A stretch of DNA of 64,000 nucleotides from Octopus bimaculoides (taxonomy: Eukaryota), in the NCBI RefSeq assembly GCF_001194135.2, contig NC_068994.1, positions 21,135,368 to 21,199,367 of the forward strand. The letters are read 5' to 3'. Of this stretch, positions 61,381-64,000 are shown in pieces; the stretch's first letter is position 1; each line of letters begins with the position of its first letter. Position numbers and translations under genes: made by a program. The notes under the pieces were generated by a model, which saw nothing but the letters and a program-made list of their open reading frames with translations, searched no databases and was not told where the DNA came from.

Positions 61381-62472
61381 ACTAAAGAAGTATACAAGAT
61401 TTTTATGAATGAACACAGAGTGGTGTATAGTAAAAGAATGATTACAAGTAGGTGGTAGGTAAATACCCAAGTAATAATTTATTACAAATAGTAACTTACA
61501 ATACTGAAATCACTATTTGATTCCCCTCAAGCAATTTTTGAAATTTGTTTACAATCCCTATCTGAAAGAAAAAAGGAATAGTTTGTACAGCGTGGGGAGC
61601 ATGTTTTGGATTGAAAGGGTGAAGATGTGTGAAATTGTTATGGTTGCCATAAAATGTCATTTTAGAGATCCATGTAATAAACTAAAAAATATGGGTTAAT
61701 GGAGTTTCAAAGAGCAGCAGTTTACAGAACAAAATACTATTGTTTAGTTCCAAGACAGCCCCGATCAACCAGAACAATGATCATAAGCATTCCAACCCTG
61801 ATATAATTTAAGCAGGATGATTCCTTTTTTAAGACAGTAAAGTGTGATTTTTATGGAGATTTGGATGCTATTTCCAGGAGGTCCAGTGACCACAGAGAGG
61901 CTCCCTTGTTGGTTTGCATGTAATGTTTTGTACAGGGTTTAGAAAGACAATTTAGATGGTAGTAGGGTGTTCTACAATGCAAAGTGTGTAATAGCAGCTG
62001 TAGAAGAGGCTCAGACTAAACACTAAATAATAGGGGGCAACAGGTTGAATAAAGGTTTTCAGTATGGCTTTTGAGAAAGATTATTGAAGACTGAGAAATC
62101 TTAGTATACAAAAGTCACTGGATAGTTAGAAATAAACAAAAAAAAAAAAGTAAGTCTTTGGTGTATCTTTGAATTTACAACTTCCCAAGGCACACATTTT
62201 TCTTCATACATTATCTATACAATGACCATGTTTCTATTCAATATTTAGAAATACATTATCTATACAATGACCATATTTAGAAATACATTCTTTGAAGAAA
62301 CCTAGCCTAATCTTAAAAATCAAATTGTGTGTGTGTGTGTACGTGTGCGCGCGTGTGTGCATGCACACGTATGCTCTTACTCTAGCCCGTTTCTCATTGT
62401 TCATTGACAGAAACCAGATCTGAAACTGTTTCTAAGAATAACTTGACACTGAAAATCATAAAATATTCCAAA

Positions 62473-62772
62473 TCTTTTATCTCTTAGTTGTTTCAGTCAT
62501 CAGACTGTGGTCATACTGGGGCACCAACTTTGAAGAATTTTAGTCAAATGAATCAGCCTCAGTACTTATTTTTATTTTAAGTCTGGTACTTATTCGATCA
62601 GGGATGTAAACACACCAATGCCGGTTGACAAGCAGTGGTGGGGGACAAAGACAGCTACACAGAACACACACAGGCACAACAGGCTTCTTTCAGTTTTTGT
62701 CTACCAAATTCACTCACAAAGCTTTGGTCAGCCCAAGGCTATAGTATAAGTGGAACTGAACCTGGAACCATA
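62473..62772 (-). mobile_element. SINE family A, degenerate with deletions
   Basis: Reverse-complement similarity to both halves of family A. Confidence 0.7.
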
Positions 62773-62984
62773 TGAGTTAAACTTTAAAGAGTCTTAACAT
62801 GGAACTATGGTTTGTAAAGTTATGCTGGCTCTTGACTTAAAACTGAGGGTATACATACATGATACATGTAAAACTGAGATGCTGACTGAATTATGTGGTA
62901 AGATGTTTTCTAATTAAAAACATTTTTCAAAATATTTCCCTTACTTAACAGAAGTAATCAAACCAAGTCAGTAGCGGGGGTGGG

Positions 62985-64000
62985 TGCTCTGAAAGTGTAG
63001 CTACTAGAATAAGAATAGCCTGGGCAAAGTTCAGAGAGCTCCTAACTCTGCTGTTAACAAAGGGTCTCTCGCTCAGAGTAAAAGGTAGACTGTATGGCAC
63101 ATGTGTGCGAACTGCCATGCTACATGGCAGTGAAACATGTGCCGTGACTGCTGAAGACATGCATAAACTTGCAAGGAATGAAGCCAGTATGCTCCGCTGG
63201 ATATGTAATGTCAGTGTGCATACACGACAGAGTGAAAGCGCCCTGAGAGTAAAGTTGGATTTAAGAAGCATCAGATGTGGTGTGCAAGAGAGACGACTGC
63301 GCTGGTATGGTCATGTGTTGCGAATGAATGAGGATAGCTGTGTGAAAAAGTGACATACCCTAGCAGTTGAGGGAACCTGTGGAAGAGGTAGACCCAGGAA
63401 AACTTAGGATGAGGTGGTGAAGCACGACCTTCAAAAATTGGGCCTTACTGAGGCAATGACTAGTGACTGGGACCTTTGGAGATATGCTGTGCTTGAGAAA
63501 ACCTGACAAGCCAAGTGAGACCATAGCCCATGGTCTATGCCAGTGGGTGTAACCAGCCCATGTGAAGACCTATTGAGACAAGTGAAATCAAAATCAAAAT
63601 TGCTGACGTGGCCAATGATGGTACCGCTTGATTGGCACTCGTGCCAGTGGAATGTTAATAGCACATCCAAATGTGGGGTGTAACCGGCCCACTTATGAGT
63701 ACCCCTCATTCATTGGACAATGAACTTTGCTTGCGAAGACCTAATGAGGCAAGTGCAAACAAATCAAAATCGCTGACATGGCCGATGACAGTACTGCCTG
63801 ATTGGTGCCAGTAGAACATTAAAAGCACAACGGATTGGCTCCTGTGCTGGTGACATGTGAAAAGCACCATTCAAGTATGATTGTTGCCAGCATCACCTTA
63901 CCGGCATATGTACCGGTGGCATGTGAAAAACAACATTCGAGTGTGGTCATTGCCAGTGCTGCCGGACTGGCTCCTGTGCAGGTAGCACATAAAAACACCT
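62985..64000 (+). mobile_element. RTE LINE 3' coding region and UTR (runs off the window)
   Basis: [13 protein letters not shown]...MLHGSET...ERRLRWYGHVLRM; roughly 90% identical by eye to the 24657-26000 copy. Confidence 0.9.

Noticed and set aside
24657-64000. Oppositely oriented RTE copies (24657-26480 vs 62985-64000) as a giant inverted repeat
   Set aside because: They are independent insertions of an abundant family about 37 kb apart and not in one transcript.

Overview
This is AT-rich, microsatellite-rich animal genomic DNA from a gapped draft assembly. It is most likely a coleoid cephalopod (Octopus-like SINE and RTE families; organism inferred, not proven). Two convergent protein-coding genes were reconstructed by hand. 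(1) ABCB10, the mitochondrial inner-membrane half ABC transporter, is complete on the + strand: 13 GT-AG exons, 6740-35866, 2202 nt, 733 aa, with all phases consistent and all NBD motifs intact. (2) TMEM230 is on the - strand with two clear exons (49781-49659, 42972-42835); its first coding exon was not securely located. The rest is a dense transposon landscape: two Ty3/Gypsy fragments, Tc1 and mariner remnants, a Tol2-like hAT, hAT and piggyBac-type MITEs, an R4/Dong LINE, many RTE and CR1/Jockey-group pieces, and two tRNA-derived SINE families. I found no clearly new multi-gene system. The most notable signals are: an in-phase G-GGA-AAC slippery site with an H-type pseudoknot at a Gypsy gag/pro junction; two roughly 98%-identical, locally templated insertions with junction microhomology (177 bp inverted, 141 bp direct); a ~550 bp fold-back palindrome; and a TMEM230 exon sandwiched between two piggyBac-type MITEs. 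All alignments and counts were done by eye, and reference-protein comparisons are from memory.
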